Shown one piece after another: positions 25,221-35,135 of a stretch of DNA of 64,000 nucleotides. Each line of letters starts with the position of its first letter. Position 1 is the first letter of the stretch. The stretch is from contig JAPOYA010000017.1 in NCBI GenBank assembly GCA_026706815.1, positions 4,101 through 68,100 on the forward strand, given 5' to 3'. The position numbers and the translations under genes are program-made. Origin of the DNA: Acidimicrobiaceae bacterium. GTDB taxonomy: Bacteria > Actinomycetota > Acidimicrobiia > Acidimicrobiales > Aldehydirespiratoraceae. The notes under the pieces are model-generated. The model was given only the letters and a program-made list of their open reading frames with translations. It ran no database searches and was not told where the DNA came from.

Positions 25221-26647
25221 GTGACCCCCTCGGAAGTCGCGTCCTGTTTCTGTGCTTCGTTGGATCCGAGTGTTCTCTTCGGGTTCGTGTGGAGCGTTGC
25301 CGATGTGATCGTACTTGTGAGGTCACCGTCTGCTAGCTGAGTGGTAATGGCGTCGCCCGCCTCGAGGCCGGCCGTTGAGCGCACAACCCGACCGTCGCTG
25401 TCTCGAGTAATCGACCAGCCTCGCGCCAGCGCCAAAGCCGGGTCGAGAGCACGCACCTGAGCCGCCACCGCATCGACCCGCCGCACAGCGGTGCTCAAAC
25501 CATGTCGTTGCGCCACCTCAAGGCGCGCAACCGCCTGGCCAATCTGTCCGACAGCCCGCCGCTGCGAGGAACGCGCAGTCCGTGTCAGTCGACTGCAACG
25601 AGCCGCCAGCAGCCGGTCGCTCCGGTCGAGCGCGTTTGCCGTCAAGACGGCCACACCACCTCGAAGCGTCTCGACACGCTGATCGGCTCTTTGCACCGCC
25701 CGCCGTCCGGCGGCAACCAACGACATCTCGTGATCGCCCAGGCGAGCGAGCCAGCGCTGCACCCTCCCGACGACGAACTGGGCAGCTGCGGTAGGCGTGG
25801 CGGCGGCAGTATGGGCAACCTCGTCGGCGACGCTGCGGTCAATCTCGTGGCCGATACCGGTGACGACAGGCACACCGGCGGAGGTGATCGCGCGGGCTAC
25901 GATCTCGTGATCGAACACCGCGAGATCGGTCTTGGAACCCCCACCACGAGCGACAAGCAACACGTCTACATCAACCTGCGCCGCGGCTCGGATCGCGGCG
26001 GCGACCGGAACCTCAGCCCCCGGCCCCTGCACCGGCGTATCGACCTCTACAACCGTGAACGCCATACCGGCCCTTTCGAACACGGTTGAAATGTCGGCGT
26101 GGGCGGCGCTGCCGATAGAAGTCACCAACCCGACCCGAAGCGGGACCGGCGCCAGAAACTGTGCCGCATTGGCCCCCAAGACTCCCTCAGCGGACAGCTC
26201 GGCCAACAATGCGTCTTTGCCGGCGGCCAGTTTGCCCAACGTGTGGGTCGGGTCGATCGACGACATGCGCAGCTGTACCCGCGCCGAAGGCGGGTAGTAG
26301 TCGACCCGGCCCTGAATGCGCACGCTCACGCCGTCGCTCATGCGGATCGGATCGCCGTGTCGCTTCAGCAAACGGTTGACTCTGTCACGGGACTCGCGGA
26401 ACAGAACCACGGGCATGGTCGCGACAGGAGCAGCCCCGGGACCCTCGCCAGGTTCAACCAAGTCGAAATAGACGTGGCCGTTGCGGGCTCGATGGATGCC
26501 GCTGATCTCGCCCTCGACCCACACGTCGTCTGGCATGGTCTGCTCGATGACCGTGCGGATCACAGCACAGAGCTCGGCAACCGAGAAAGTCCCCTGATTC
26601 ATCCCGCCGACCGTACTCCGCTCGAGTGACAGCGACGCGTCGATCAT
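25217..26647 (-). CDS. xseA: Exodeoxyribonuclease VII large subunit
   Basis: FSVAELCAVIRTVIEQ...VWVEGEISG...GHVYFDL, VVTGIGHEIDRSVADEV. The real start may be ATG 26602 (MNQGTF). Confidence 0.9.
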   Translation of the reverse strand: MIDASLSLERSTVGGMNQGTFSVAELCAVIRTVIEQTMPDDVWVEGEISGIHRARNGHVYFDLVEPGEGPGAAPVATMPVVLFRESRDRVNRLLKRHGDPIRMSDGVSVRIQGRVDYYPPSARVQLRMSSIDPTHTLGKLAAGKDALLAELSAEGVLGANAAQFLAPVPLRVGLVTSIGSAAHADISTVFERAGMAFTVVEVDTPVQGPGAEVPVAAAIRAAAQVDVDVLLVARGGGSKTDLAVFDHEIVARAITSAGVPVVTGIGHEIDRSVADEVAHTAAATPTAAAQFVVGRVQRWLARLGDHEMSLVAAGRRAVQRADQRVETLRGGVAVLTANALDRSDRLLAARCSRLTRTARSSQRRAVGQIGQAVARLEVAQRHGLSTAVRRVDAVAAQVRALDPALALARGWSITRDSDGRVVRSTAGLEAGDAITTQLADGDLTSTITSATLHTNPKRTLGSNEAQKQDATSEGVT

Positions 26648-27828
26648 CAGATGCGAGAGGAAATCACAGAAGACCCGACGACGACCACCGCGCCAATCGC
26701 GAAAGCCGTGCCGATGCCGGCGACGGAGGCCAACACACCCAAGAAAACACCGCTGAGAATCTCACCGCCGGCGTAAGCCTGGCTCATGAACGACAATATC
26801 GTGGCTCGGACGTCGGACTCGCTGTGAGAGTTGGCGATCATCGTGATGAACGGTTCCGCCGTCATCCGCAACGCCTCCTGCATCACCAGGCCAACAAAGA
26901 TCGCCCAACCCACATTCGCACCAGCAGTCACTGCGATCGCCACCCCCGCCAACAGCATCAGCAACGACAGAACCCGGGCCGCGGGAACATCAATGAGACG
27001 ACGTTCGATCAGACGAATCAGCACAGTCCCCGCTCCGGCCTGGACCAAGGCGAGAGCACCGTAGAGAAACACCTCGTCGACATCGGAGGGGACGCCCGCT
27101 TCGATCAGACGGGCCAGGTCGAGGTGATCGACCACTCCTGATCCCAGGCCGTAGAACAGCGAGGAGATCGCCAACAGACGCAGAGGCCGAGTACGGGCAG
27201 TCAGCCTGGTCCCCACCCTGACGATGCGTTTGAACTCGGCGCCCGCCGCTCTCGCAGTGCGCTCGAACCCCGTTTCGGGCATGGTCATGGCCAGCACCAG
27301 CCCCCACGCAGAAATCGAAGCGCCGACAACCACGATGGCCGTCGTACGGGTTGTGGTCGCCACGAGGGCAAGCGCGATCGGCACGCCCAGAGCGTTGGCC
27401 GTCAACTGCACTTTGGCTCGGCTGATCAGCAGCCGGTCGACTCGCTTCGGGTCGTGCAGCTCATCGGTCAACCACGCAACGTCGGCCCCGCTCTGCAGGG
27501 TCCAGGCGAGCCCCCAGCCAATCTGGGTCAAAGCGATCAGCCAGAAACTCTCGAACACGCCGGCCAGCGCCAGTATCGGACCCATGATCACAAACGAAAC
27601 GATGATCGACAGGCGCCGACTGATCAGATCTGCGACGGCGCCGGTCGGGATCTCCCCGATTATGCCGCTCAGTTCAAGAGCGGTTCCCAAAAGCGCCAAC
27701 TGGTAGGGCTCAAGTTGCAGGTCGTCGACCAGTCGGGGCATGAACACGATCCATTTCGCGTTCGTGCCCGCGGCCAATACCGCGGTTGTAGCCAGAAACA
27801 GCCATGCAGGGTCGGCAGTGCGCCGCAC
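26647..27828 (-). CDS. MFS transporter
   Basis: 393 aa with about 11-12 hydrophobic segments and a GAVADLISRR loop (MFS motif A-like). Confidence 0.7.
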   Translation of the reverse strand: MRRTADPAWLFLATTAVLAAGTNAKWIVFMPRLVDDLQLEPYQLALLGTALELSGIIGEIPTGAVADLISRRLSIIVSFVIMGPILALAGVFESFWLIALTQIGWGLAWTLQSGADVAWLTDELHDPKRVDRLLISRAKVQLTANALGVPIALALVATTTRTTAIVVVGASISAWGLVLAMTMPETGFERTARAAGAEFKRIVRVGTRLTARTRPLRLLAISSLFYGLGSGVVDHLDLARLIEAGVPSDVDEVFLYGALALVQAGAGTVLIRLIERRLIDVPAARVLSLLMLLAGVAIAVTAGANVGWAIFVGLVMQEALRMTAEPFITMIANSHSESDVRATILSFMSQAYAGGEILSGVFLGVLASVAGIGTAFAIGAVVVVGSSVISSRI

Positions 27829-27831
27829 GGC

Positions 27832-29064
27832 TTAGGCGAGATTCTGGTTGCCGCCACCGTTGTTGTCGCTGCGATCGGCTGCTTCCACATGACCGCGGGG
27901 GATGCCCAGCACAAACAGGATCGCATCAAGATACGGCACCGAAACCGCAGTGTCGGCTGCTTCGGACACTATCGGTTTGGCGTTGAAGGCAATGCCGAGC
28001 CCGGCTTCGCTCAGCATGTCGAGGTCGTTGGCACCGTCGCCGACGGCCACCGTCTGTGATAGCGGAACCCTGGTCAGTTCGGCGACTTCGCGCAAGTAGG
28101 TTGCTTTGCGTTCACGGTCGACGATTGGGTCGACGAGATCGCCGGTCAGCTTCCCGTCGTCGAATTCGAGCACGTTTGCGTGGCAATAGTCGAGTTTGAG
28201 CTCCTTGGAGATCCGGTCGGTGAAAATCGTGAAACCGCCCGAGACCAGCGCCACCGAATAACCCAATCGTTTCAGTGTTCGCGCGAAGGTTCGAGTGCCC
28301 GGCGTGTAGCGCAACTTGGCTTGTGCCCTCTCAATGGCGGCCTGATCAAGGCCTTTCAGGTGACGCACCCGCTCACGCAGCGATGATTCGAAGTCAATCG
28401 CCCCCTCCATAGTCTCTTTGGTGATTTTCTGCACGACCTCGAGAGTTCCGGCCTCATCGGCCAGCAGGTCGATCACTTCGTCTTGGATGATCGTTGAATC
28501 AACGTCGAGCACAATCAGGCGTTTGGCTCTGCGTCCGATCCCCTCGGGCTGGACCGCCACGTCCATGGTGATGTGCTTCGCGGCTGCGAGCATCAGGTTT
28601 GAACGCAGTGTGTGTTGATCTCCGTTTCGAACCAGAAGTTCGTAGCTCATCACCGGGAAACTGGAGAGCCGGGTTATCCGATCAATGTTGGCCCCGGCGT
28701 CGGCGATGGCGGTGGCCGCAGCCCCGATCTCGGTCGGGCTGAGAACTGGCCCCAACAACGTGACCACCGTGCCGGGCAGTTGCGGGTCGGAAGTCGGGTC
28801 GGGAACGAAATCGAAATCGATCGTCATGCCCTGCTCCCACCCGAACAACAACAGTTCTTTGAGCAGGTCGCGGCCGCTGGGCACTTCAATTGCCAGGCCG
28901 AGGTTGAGTTGGCCGCAGATCACAATCTGTTCAATGTCGGATACGTCGGCGCCCGCTTCGGCTAATACCCCCATCAACCCGGCTGTAACACCGGGATGGT
29001 CCGGCCCGGTAACCCTCACCACGACGGTCTGGCACAGCGCGGCTGCGTCAAGTTCGCTCTGCAC
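27832..29064 (-). CDS. serB: Phosphoserine phosphatase with N-terminal ACT domains
   Basis: HAD motifs LIVLDVDSTIIQDE, VSGGF and GDGANDLDML, with two ACT-like N-terminal repeats. Confidence 0.85.
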   Translation of the reverse strand: MQSELDAAALCQTVVVRVTGPDHPGVTAGLMGVLAEAGADVSDIEQIVICGQLNLGLAIEVPSGRDLLKELLLFGWEQGMTIDFDFVPDPTSDPQLPGTVVTLLGPVLSPTEIGAAATAIADAGANIDRITRLSSFPVMSYELLVRNGDQHTLRSNLMLAAAKHITMDVAVQPEGIGRRAKRLIVLDVDSTIIQDEVIDLLADEAGTLEVVQKITKETMEGAIDFESSLRERVRHLKGLDQAAIERAQAKLRYTPGTRTFARTLKRLGYSVALVSGGFTIFTDRISKELKLDYCHANVLEFDDGKLTGDLVDPIVDRERKATYLREVAELTRVPLSQTVAVGDGANDLDMLSEAGLGIAFNAKPIVSEAADTAVSVPYLDAILFVLGIPRGHVEAADRSDNNGGGNQNLA

Positions 29065-29124
29065 GAATGTCCAGCCTACGGCGCTTCGGTCGACTTGGGC
29101 AGCGCCATTGAAGTATCAGAGCCG

Positions 29125-30990
29125 CTATACGTGATCGGCGCGGACCAAAGCTTCGTAGAGCTCCTCGTAGAGGCCGCCGCGGTGCCGCAATTCGTCGTGC
29201 GTACCGGTCTCGACGACACGACCGTCGTCGAGCACGACGATGACGTCGGCATCGGTGATGGTCGACAGGCGATGGGCGATCACCAGCGATGAACGACCGG
29301 ACAGGGCGTTGGCCAGAGCCTCCTGCACAAAGGCTTCGTTCTCGGTGTCGAGATGACTGGTTGCCTCGTCGAGCACGACGATCACCGGGTCCTTGAGCAG
29401 CATCCGCGCGATCGCCAGGCGTTGTTTCTCCCCGCCCGACAGCCGATAGCCGCGCTCGCCGACGATCGTGTCGTAGCCCTCGGGCAGAGCCGCGATCACA
29501 TCGTGTATCCGAGCCGCTCGACAGGCCGCCTCGATCTCTGCCTGCGTCGCTTCGGTGTCGGCGTAGCGCAGGTTCATTCCAACCGTGTCGTGAAACAGGT
29601 GCGGGTCCTGGCTCACGACTCCGATGGCGCGCCTCAGCGAGTCCTGGGTGAGTGAACGCACATCGTGGCCGTCGACGGTGATAGCCCCGGCGGTCACGTC
29701 GTATAGACGGGGAACGAGCGAGGTGAGCGTGGTCTTGCCCGCCCCCGAAGGACCGACGATCGCAACCATCTGCCCCGAAGCAACGGTCAGGTCGATGTCG
29801 CTCAAGACATCGCCGACCGAAGCAGTCGACTCGTCACCCCCGAGTGACGCCGGCGTCCCCTCGGGCGGGTCCGGGTAGCGGAAGCAGACATGATCGAAGC
29901 GCACCTCGCCCTGCGGGTCGACCAACTCGGTGGCATCTGGCGCATCGACGATGGCGTTGGGAGCGTCGAGAACCTCGAACACCCGCTCGAAGCTCACGAA
30001 CGCGGTCATCACGTCCACCCGGGCGTTGGAGAGACTGGTGAGCGGCAGGTAGATGCGCACGGTGTAGAGGCCCAGCGCAGTGAGCGTGCCGATGGTGATC
30101 GACTCGTTGATGACGAGGTGCCCGCCGAGCCAGTAGACGATCGCGGTGCCCACCGCTCCCACCATGGTCAGCGCAACCAGAAATATGCGGCTGTACATGG
30201 CGCTGCGCACGCCGATGTCACGCACACGGCCCGCACGGTCTGAGAAGTCGGCGGCTTCGGCGCCGTGTCGCCCGAAGAGCTTGACCAGCAGCGCGCCCGC
30301 CACGTTGAACCGTTCGGTCATCGTGTTGTTCATGGAGGCGTTGAGAGTCATCGACTCGCGGGTGATGTCTTGCAGGCTGGCGCCCACCCGACGGGCAGGA
30401 AGAACAAAAACGGGCAGGATGACGATGGCCAGCAGAGTCAGCCGCCATTCCAGGATCAGCATCGCGAGCAGCGTGCCGGTCAGGGTTATCAGGTTGCCGA
30501 CGACAGTGCCCAAAGTGCCTGTGAAGGCCCGCTGCGCGCCGATCACGTCGTTGTTCAGACGGCTGATCAGCGTGCCTGTCTGGGTTCGGGTGAAGAAGGC
30601 GAGCGGCATCCGCTGCACGTGATCGAACAAGCGCACCCTCAAATCGAAGATCAGCCCCTCGCCTATCCGTGAACTGAGCCGGCGTTCCACTAGAGACAAC
30701 AGAGCCTCAGCAGCAGCGGCACCGACCATCACGAAGAAGAGCAGGTTGAGGTAGCCACCGTTGCTGTCGACGATTGCCACGTCGAAGATCTGGCGGATCA
30801 ACAGCGGGGGCAGCAGCCCGAGGAACGTCGTCAGCACAATGATCGACAGGTACACGAGGATGGCGCCGCGGTACGGGCGGGCGAAGGCTAGCACTCGGCG
30901 CCGTGTGTGGATGTTGAACTGCTTCCCTTCGATCCCGGAGCGGTCCGCCGTCATCGAGTGCATTACCTGGAAGGGACTCGACGCAGTCAT
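29125..30990 (-). CDS. ABC exporter, fused permease/ATPase (MsbA/MdlB-like)
   Basis: 6-TM N-half, Walker A GPSGAGKTT, signature LSGGEKQR and Walker B VIVVLDEATS. Confidence 0.85.
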   Translation of the reverse strand: MTASSPFQVMHSMTADRSGIEGKQFNIHTRRRVLAFARPYRGAILVYLSIIVLTTFLGLLPPLLIRQIFDVAIVDSNGGYLNLLFFVMVGAAAAEALLSLVERRLSSRIGEGLIFDLRVRLFDHVQRMPLAFFTRTQTGTLISRLNNDVIGAQRAFTGTLGTVVGNLITLTGTLLAMLILEWRLTLLAIVILPVFVLPARRVGASLQDITRESMTLNASMNNTMTERFNVAGALLVKLFGRHGAEAADFSDRAGRVRDIGVRSAMYSRIFLVALTMVGAVGTAIVYWLGGHLVINESITIGTLTALGLYTVRIYLPLTSLSNARVDVMTAFVSFERVFEVLDAPNAIVDAPDATELVDPQGEVRFDHVCFRYPDPPEGTPASLGGDESTASVGDVLSDIDLTVASGQMVAIVGPSGAGKTTLTSLVPRLYDVTAGAITVDGHDVRSLTQDSLRRAIGVVSQDPHLFHDTVGMNLRYADTEATQAEIEAACRAARIHDVIAALPEGYDTIVGERGYRLSGGEKQRLAIARMLLKDPVIVVLDEATSHLDTENEAFVQEALANALSGRSSLVIAHRLSTITDADVIVVLDDGRVVETGTHDELRHRGGLYEELYEALVRADHV

Positions 30991-31028
30991 AACTTGAGCC
31001 TACGCAGACCCCGCTAGCGTGATACGGG

Positions 31029-32414
31029 ATGGAACGTGGCTCAAGTGCGCTGTTCACCGACCACTATGAGTTGACCATGGTGGAATCGGCTCTCAAATCC
31101 GGGGTTGCCGAACGGCGTTCGGTCTTCGAGGTCTTCGCTCGCCGCCTTCCCGAAGGCCGGGCGTACGGGGTGGTTGCAGGCATCGACCGCGTCGTGGATG
31201 CCGTCGAACGATTCCGGTTCGACGACGACTCCGTCGACCATCTGCTGGACTGCGGGGTGATTCGAGGCGAGTTGATGGCCGACTGGCTGCGCGACTACAG
31301 CTTCGGCGGAGACGTCACCGGCTACGCGGAAGGCGAATTGTTCTTCCCGTACAGCCCGGTGCTTACCGTGGCTGGTTCGTTCGCCGAATGCGTGGTGCTC
31401 GAAACGGTCCTGTTGTCGGTGCTGAACCATGACTGTGCGGTCGCCTCCGCCGCGGCCCGAGTGGCCGATGCCGCCGGTGGCCGCCTGCTTGTCGAGGGCG
31501 GGTCGAGGCGCACCGACCCGGAATCGGCGGTGGCCGCGGCACGCGCCTCGCATGTCGGAGGTTTCGACACGACCTCGAACCTCGAAGCGGGGCGTCGTCA
31601 TGGCATCCCGACCGGTGGAACCACGGCGCACGCGTTCGTGCTGGCCCACGCCTCAGAAGAAGAAGCGTTCATGGTGCAGCGCGACACCTTGGGAGTCGGC
31701 TCGACCTATCTCGTCGACACGTTCGACGTGATGGCGGGAATCCGACGTGCGGTTGATGTGGTGGGGCGGGGCATCGGCGCGGTTCGGATCGACAGCGGAG
31801 AACTGCTCGCCGACAGTCGCGCGGCGCGCCGGTTGCTCGACGAGCTCGGTGCTGTCGACTGCCGGATCGTGGTGTCGAGCGATCTTGACGAGTTCCTGAT
31901 CGCCGAGTTGGAGATGGCGGGTGCGCCGATCAACGCCTATCTGGTCGGAACCAGCCTCGTGACCGGCTCAGGCCATCCCACCGCTTCGATGGTCTACAAG
32001 CTGGTGTCGATCGCCGACGGCGACCACCCGGCTCCGCTGCGCGCGGTCGGCAAGCACTCGCCGGGGAAACGCACAATCGGTGGCCACAAGTCTGTACACC
32101 GCACCTATGACGCGAACGGCCGCTATCTGGCCGAAGTGCTTTCAGTCCTTCCCGTGGAGGTGCCCGACGATTCGATGCGCCCTCAAGTACCGCTGTTGCG
32201 CGACGGCGAGGTAGTCGCGGATCTGACCGATGTGAGCGAGGCGAGGGCCCGATGCGCCGAGCGACGCTCTCGCCTGCTCGACGAAGACCGGACTCCCTGG
32301 CCGGCGACGACTCCCGCTGTGCCTACAATCTGGGAAGGCGTTACCGAACCGCTGTCGGCGGCAGTTGTCAACAGCAATGGAGGCGTCAACAGCAATGGAG
32401 GCACGACCCGATGA
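31029..32414 (+). CDS. pncB: Nicotinate phosphoribosyltransferase
   Basis: LFTDHYELTMVESALKSG, GTTAHAFV, RIDSGEL; 461 aa. Confidence 0.9.
   Translation: MERGSSALFTDHYELTMVESALKSGVAERRSVFEVFARRLPEGRAYGVVAGIDRVVDAVERFRFDDDSVDHLLDCGVIRGELMADWLRDYSFGGDVTGYAEGELFFPYSPVLTVAGSFAECVVLETVLLSVLNHDCAVASAAARVADAAGGRLLVEGGSRRTDPESAVAAARASHVGGFDTTSNLEAGRRHGIPTGGTTAHAFVLAHASEEEAFMVQRDTLGVGSTYLVDTFDVMAGIRRAVDVVGRGIGAVRIDSGELLADSRAARRLLDELGAVDCRIVVSSDLDEFLIAELEMAGAPINAYLVGTSLVTGSGHPTASMVYKLVSIADGDHPAPLRAVGKHSPGKRTIGGHKSVHRTYDANGRYLAEVLSVLPVEVPDDSMRPQVPLLRDGEVVADLTDVSEARARCAERRSRLLDEDRTPWPATTPAVPTIWEGVTEPLSAAVVNSNGGVNSNGGTTR
32367..32402 (+). repeat. Perfect 18-bp tandem duplication (gtcaacagcaatggaggc x2), encoding VNSNGGVNSNGG at the pncB C-terminus
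   Basis: Read directly. Confidence 0.9.
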
Positions 32415-32995
32415 GGGCGTTGATCGTCGTAGATGTGCAGAACGACTTCTGTGAAGGCGGCGCTCTGGCGGTGGACGGCGGCGCTGCGGTGGCCCGTTCA
32501 ATCACCGAGCTAGCGGGTTTGGACCGTGCGGGCGGCGCATATGAGCTGGTGGTGGCCACCAAGGACTGGCACGTCGATCCGGGCGGGCACTTCGCCGACC
32601 CCGAAGTCGGCCCGAACTTCGTAGACACCTGGCCGGTTCACTGCGTGGCCGGCAGTGATGGCGCGGCCTTTCATCCCGATCTGGACATTGCGGTCGATGA
32701 GGTGTTCTTGAAAGGCCGTACGAGCGCCAGCTACACGGGTTTCGACGGCGGCGCGGCCTCCGATGAGACAGTGCTGCTGGGCGACTGGCTGACGCAGCGA
32801 GGCGTCACTTCGGTCGATGTGGTCGGCTTGGCCACCGATCATTGTGTCAGGGCGACTGCACTCGACGCCGTGGCAGTCGGTTTCGAGACCACCGTGTTGC
32901 TGGAGCACTGCGCCGGAGTCGCTCCCGAGACGACCGAGTCAGCGCTCACAGAACTCACCGCGGCCGGTGTCACGCTGGACCTCGGCGATGAGTGA
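32411..32995 (+). CDS. pncA: Nicotinamidase/pyrazinamidase (isochorismatase family)
   Basis: MRALIVVDVQNDFCEGGALAV, TKDWH, GLATDHCV. The ATG overlaps the pncB stop (ATGA). Confidence 0.85.
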   Translation: MRALIVVDVQNDFCEGGALAVDGGAAVARSITELAGLDRAGGAYELVVATKDWHVDPGGHFADPEVGPNFVDTWPVHCVAGSDGAAFHPDLDIAVDEVFLKGRTSASYTGFDGGAASDETVLLGDWLTQRGVTSVDVVGLATDHCVRATALDAVAVGFETTVLLEHCAGVAPETTESALTELTAAGVTLDLGDE

Positions 32996-33362
32996 ACCAC
33001 GGGTCGTTGCAACGGGGCTGCTCTTTCCCGAAGGTCCGATCGCGGAAGCTGACGGGAGCGTGCTGCTCGTGGAGATCGCCCGCGGCACGCTCAGCCGGGT
33101 CGCCCCCGACGGTGAGGTGACGGTCGTTGCCGAGTGTGGTGGCGGACCCAACGGAGCGGCCTACGGACCTGACGGCAAGATCTACATCTGCAACAACGGC
33201 GGGTGCTTTGAATTCAACGATGTGATGGATCTGATGGTCCCCGGTGAAGTCCCGAGCGCCTGGTCCGGCGGGTCGATCCAGCGGGTTGGGCGGGACGGCC
33301 ACCCCGGTACCCGTGATCACTGCCGCCATGCCGTCGCTCCCACGCGGTGCTTCAAGTCGTGA
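32988..33362 (+). pseudogene. SMP-30/gluconolactonase/LRE-family gene, N-terminal ~110 residues only (truncated)
   Basis: LLFPEGPIAEADGSVLLVEIARG...GGGPNGAAYGPDGKIYICNNGG matches the N-terminal propeller blades. The ORF ends after 124 aa, whereas the family is about 290 aa. A vapBC module follows. Confidence 0.55.
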
Positions 33363-33520
33363 CTGGTCATCGGAATCATCTTGGCCGAAGCAAATTCAAG
33401 AGTTGGTCTGGTCGCGGAAGGCTACCGCTGAGTGATCCGCCCCGACACAGCTGGATCTGCGCGATCAGGCCTTCAAGAGACGATCGGCGTAGCCAGGGTG
33501 TACTTGCGAGGTTTGGTTTA

Positions 33521-33552
33521 TTGCATGAAATATTCATGCTAGATTCATGCAA
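33521..33552. promoter_or_regulatory. AT-rich operator-like region with three GCATGAA/TTCATGC half-sites, abutting the vapB start
   Basis: ttGCATGAAataTTCATGCtagaTTCATGCaATG. Confidence 0.45.
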
Positions 33553-33785
33553 TGGCCAATCTTCAGGTCAGGAACATGTCCGATGTCCTTCACGAGCGTC
33601 TGCGCCAACACGCTCGCGAGCGGAATTGCACCATGAGCGCAGCGGTGCTCGAAGCGATTGAAAGGGAACTTGCCCGGTGGGAGTGGAACAAGCACCTTGC
33701 GAATCGGCCAACGACGGACCTGGGCATTGATGTTGCATCGCTGATCGCCGAAGTGCGGGAGACCCGCGACTCAGAGCTCGAATGA
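33552..33785 (+). CDS. vapB: Ribbon-helix-helix antitoxin (VapB/FitA-like)
   Basis: MANLQVRNMSDVLHERLRQHARERNCTMSAAVLEAIE is an RHH fold pattern. Its stop overlaps the vapC start. Confidence 0.75.
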   Translation: MANLQVRNMSDVLHERLRQHARERNCTMSAAVLEAIERELARWEWNKHLANRPTTDLGIDVASLIAEVRETRDSELE

Positions 33786-34183
33786 CCGGCTACGTGATCG
33801 ACGCCTCAGTGGCGGTCGAATATCTTCTGCGAACGCCGCTGGGAATCACGCTTGCTGACACGATCGAAAACGCATCATTGGCAGCCCCCGAGTTGATTGA
33901 CCCAGAAGTGATGTCGGTATTGCGGCGAGCGGTGCTCACAGGACGTCTTGAGGATTCAAGAGCCGAGATGGCGCTGAGCGATCTGGCCATCTGGCCTATC
34001 GATCGTATCTCACATCAAGCACTCGCCTTGTCAGCGTGGCAGTACTACCGCAACACCAGTGCCTATGACGCCTTCTATATTGCAGTCGCCCGCACCAGAG
34101 GACTCCCGTTGTTGACTGCAGACGGACGACTTGCGAGATCGACCGGTCTCGATATCACCGTCCACCACGTTCAAATCAGCTGA
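33782..34183 (+). CDS. vapC: PIN-domain toxin
   Basis: GYVIDASVAVEYLL, the acidic residues PELIDPEV, AYDAFYIAVA and LLTADGRL; 133 aa. Confidence 0.85.
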   Translation: MTGYVIDASVAVEYLLRTPLGITLADTIENASLAAPELIDPEVMSVLRRAVLTGRLEDSRAEMALSDLAIWPIDRISHQALALSAWQYYRNTSAYDAFYIAVARTRGLPLLTADGRLARSTGLDITVHHVQIS

Positions 34184-34231
34184 GACATCCCCCCGCAGCG
34201 TCGGTTCGCTCCCGTACACCGGCGCAGCCGG

Positions 34232-35116
34232 TCAGGGGTCGATGTTGGTGGCCATCAGGTCGGCCATCGCGGTAGCCGCCGCCGCGGTCAGAGCGCCGTT
34301 GACCAAGGGCAGGTCGGTGCCGTCGATTCGGGCGATCGACTGGACCACTCGGGTGCTCGAGGCAAGGAACGCCTCAAGTACCAGAGGCAGGTCTTCGAGC
34401 GGCAGATGGGTCTCCGCCACGTCCAGGTTCTCCATGATCAGCTCACGGGTCACACCGGCCAGGCAGCCCGTGTCGAGCGGCGGCGTGTGCAACCTCCCGC
34501 CGTCGGACCAGAAGATGTTCGACCCGGTTCCCTCGCTGACGCGGCCCTGCGTGTCGGCGAATATCGCCTCTGATGCGCCGCGTCGGCGAGCCATGTCCCG
34601 AGCCAGCACGTTCTCCGCGTAGGAGGTGGTCTTGATCCCAGCCATGGCGCCGCGCTCGTTGCGGGTGAATGACACCGTCGCTACGGCAGTGCCCGGCGCG
34701 TATCTGGGAGGCTGGTTACCGGCGATCACGATCGTCGAGCCCGGCCCCGTCCCACGGCGTGAGCCCAGGATCCCGCCGCTGCTGGTCACCGTGATCCGCA
34801 CCACACCGGCACCGGGGGCGACATCGAGGCACCGTGCGATTGCGTCGCGCAGTTCGTTGTCGTTGTAGGGGCAGTCGAACAACAGGGCTTGGGCGGAACG
34901 GCGCAGGCGGTCAAGGTGTCGGCGCACCCCGAAAGCGGCGACACCCGTGCCGTTGGGCACCACCACCAGCGTTTCGAACACACCGTCGCCGACCATCACG
35001 CCGTGGTCGTCGACCCGCAGATGCGGTTGATCGGGCTCGACCATGCGTCCGTTCATCCACAGGGCCTGCACGCTCATCGACACGAAACTATTGGCCGGGA
35101 GTGGCCCCAGCAACAC
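34232..35116 (-). CDS. Class IV (fold type IV) aminotransferase / aminodeoxychorismate-lyase-like
   Basis: VDDHGVMVGDGVFETL, GIKTTSY, TGCLAGVTR. The start is probably an internal Met (about 35077). Confidence 0.8.
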   Translation of the reverse strand: MLLGPLPANSFVSMSVQALWMNGRMVEPDQPHLRVDDHGVMVGDGVFETLVVVPNGTGVAAFGVRRHLDRLRRSAQALLFDCPYNDNELRDAIARCLDVAPGAGVVRITVTSSGGILGSRRGTGPGSTIVIAGNQPPRYAPGTAVATVSFTRNERGAMAGIKTTSYAENVLARDMARRRGASEAIFADTQGRVSEGTGSNIFWSDGGRLHTPPLDTGCLAGVTRELIMENLDVAETHLPLEDLPLVLEAFLASSTRVVQSIARIDGTDLPLVNGALTAAAATAMADLMATNIDP

Positions 35117-35135
35117 AGACGGGCTCTCTGCGCGA

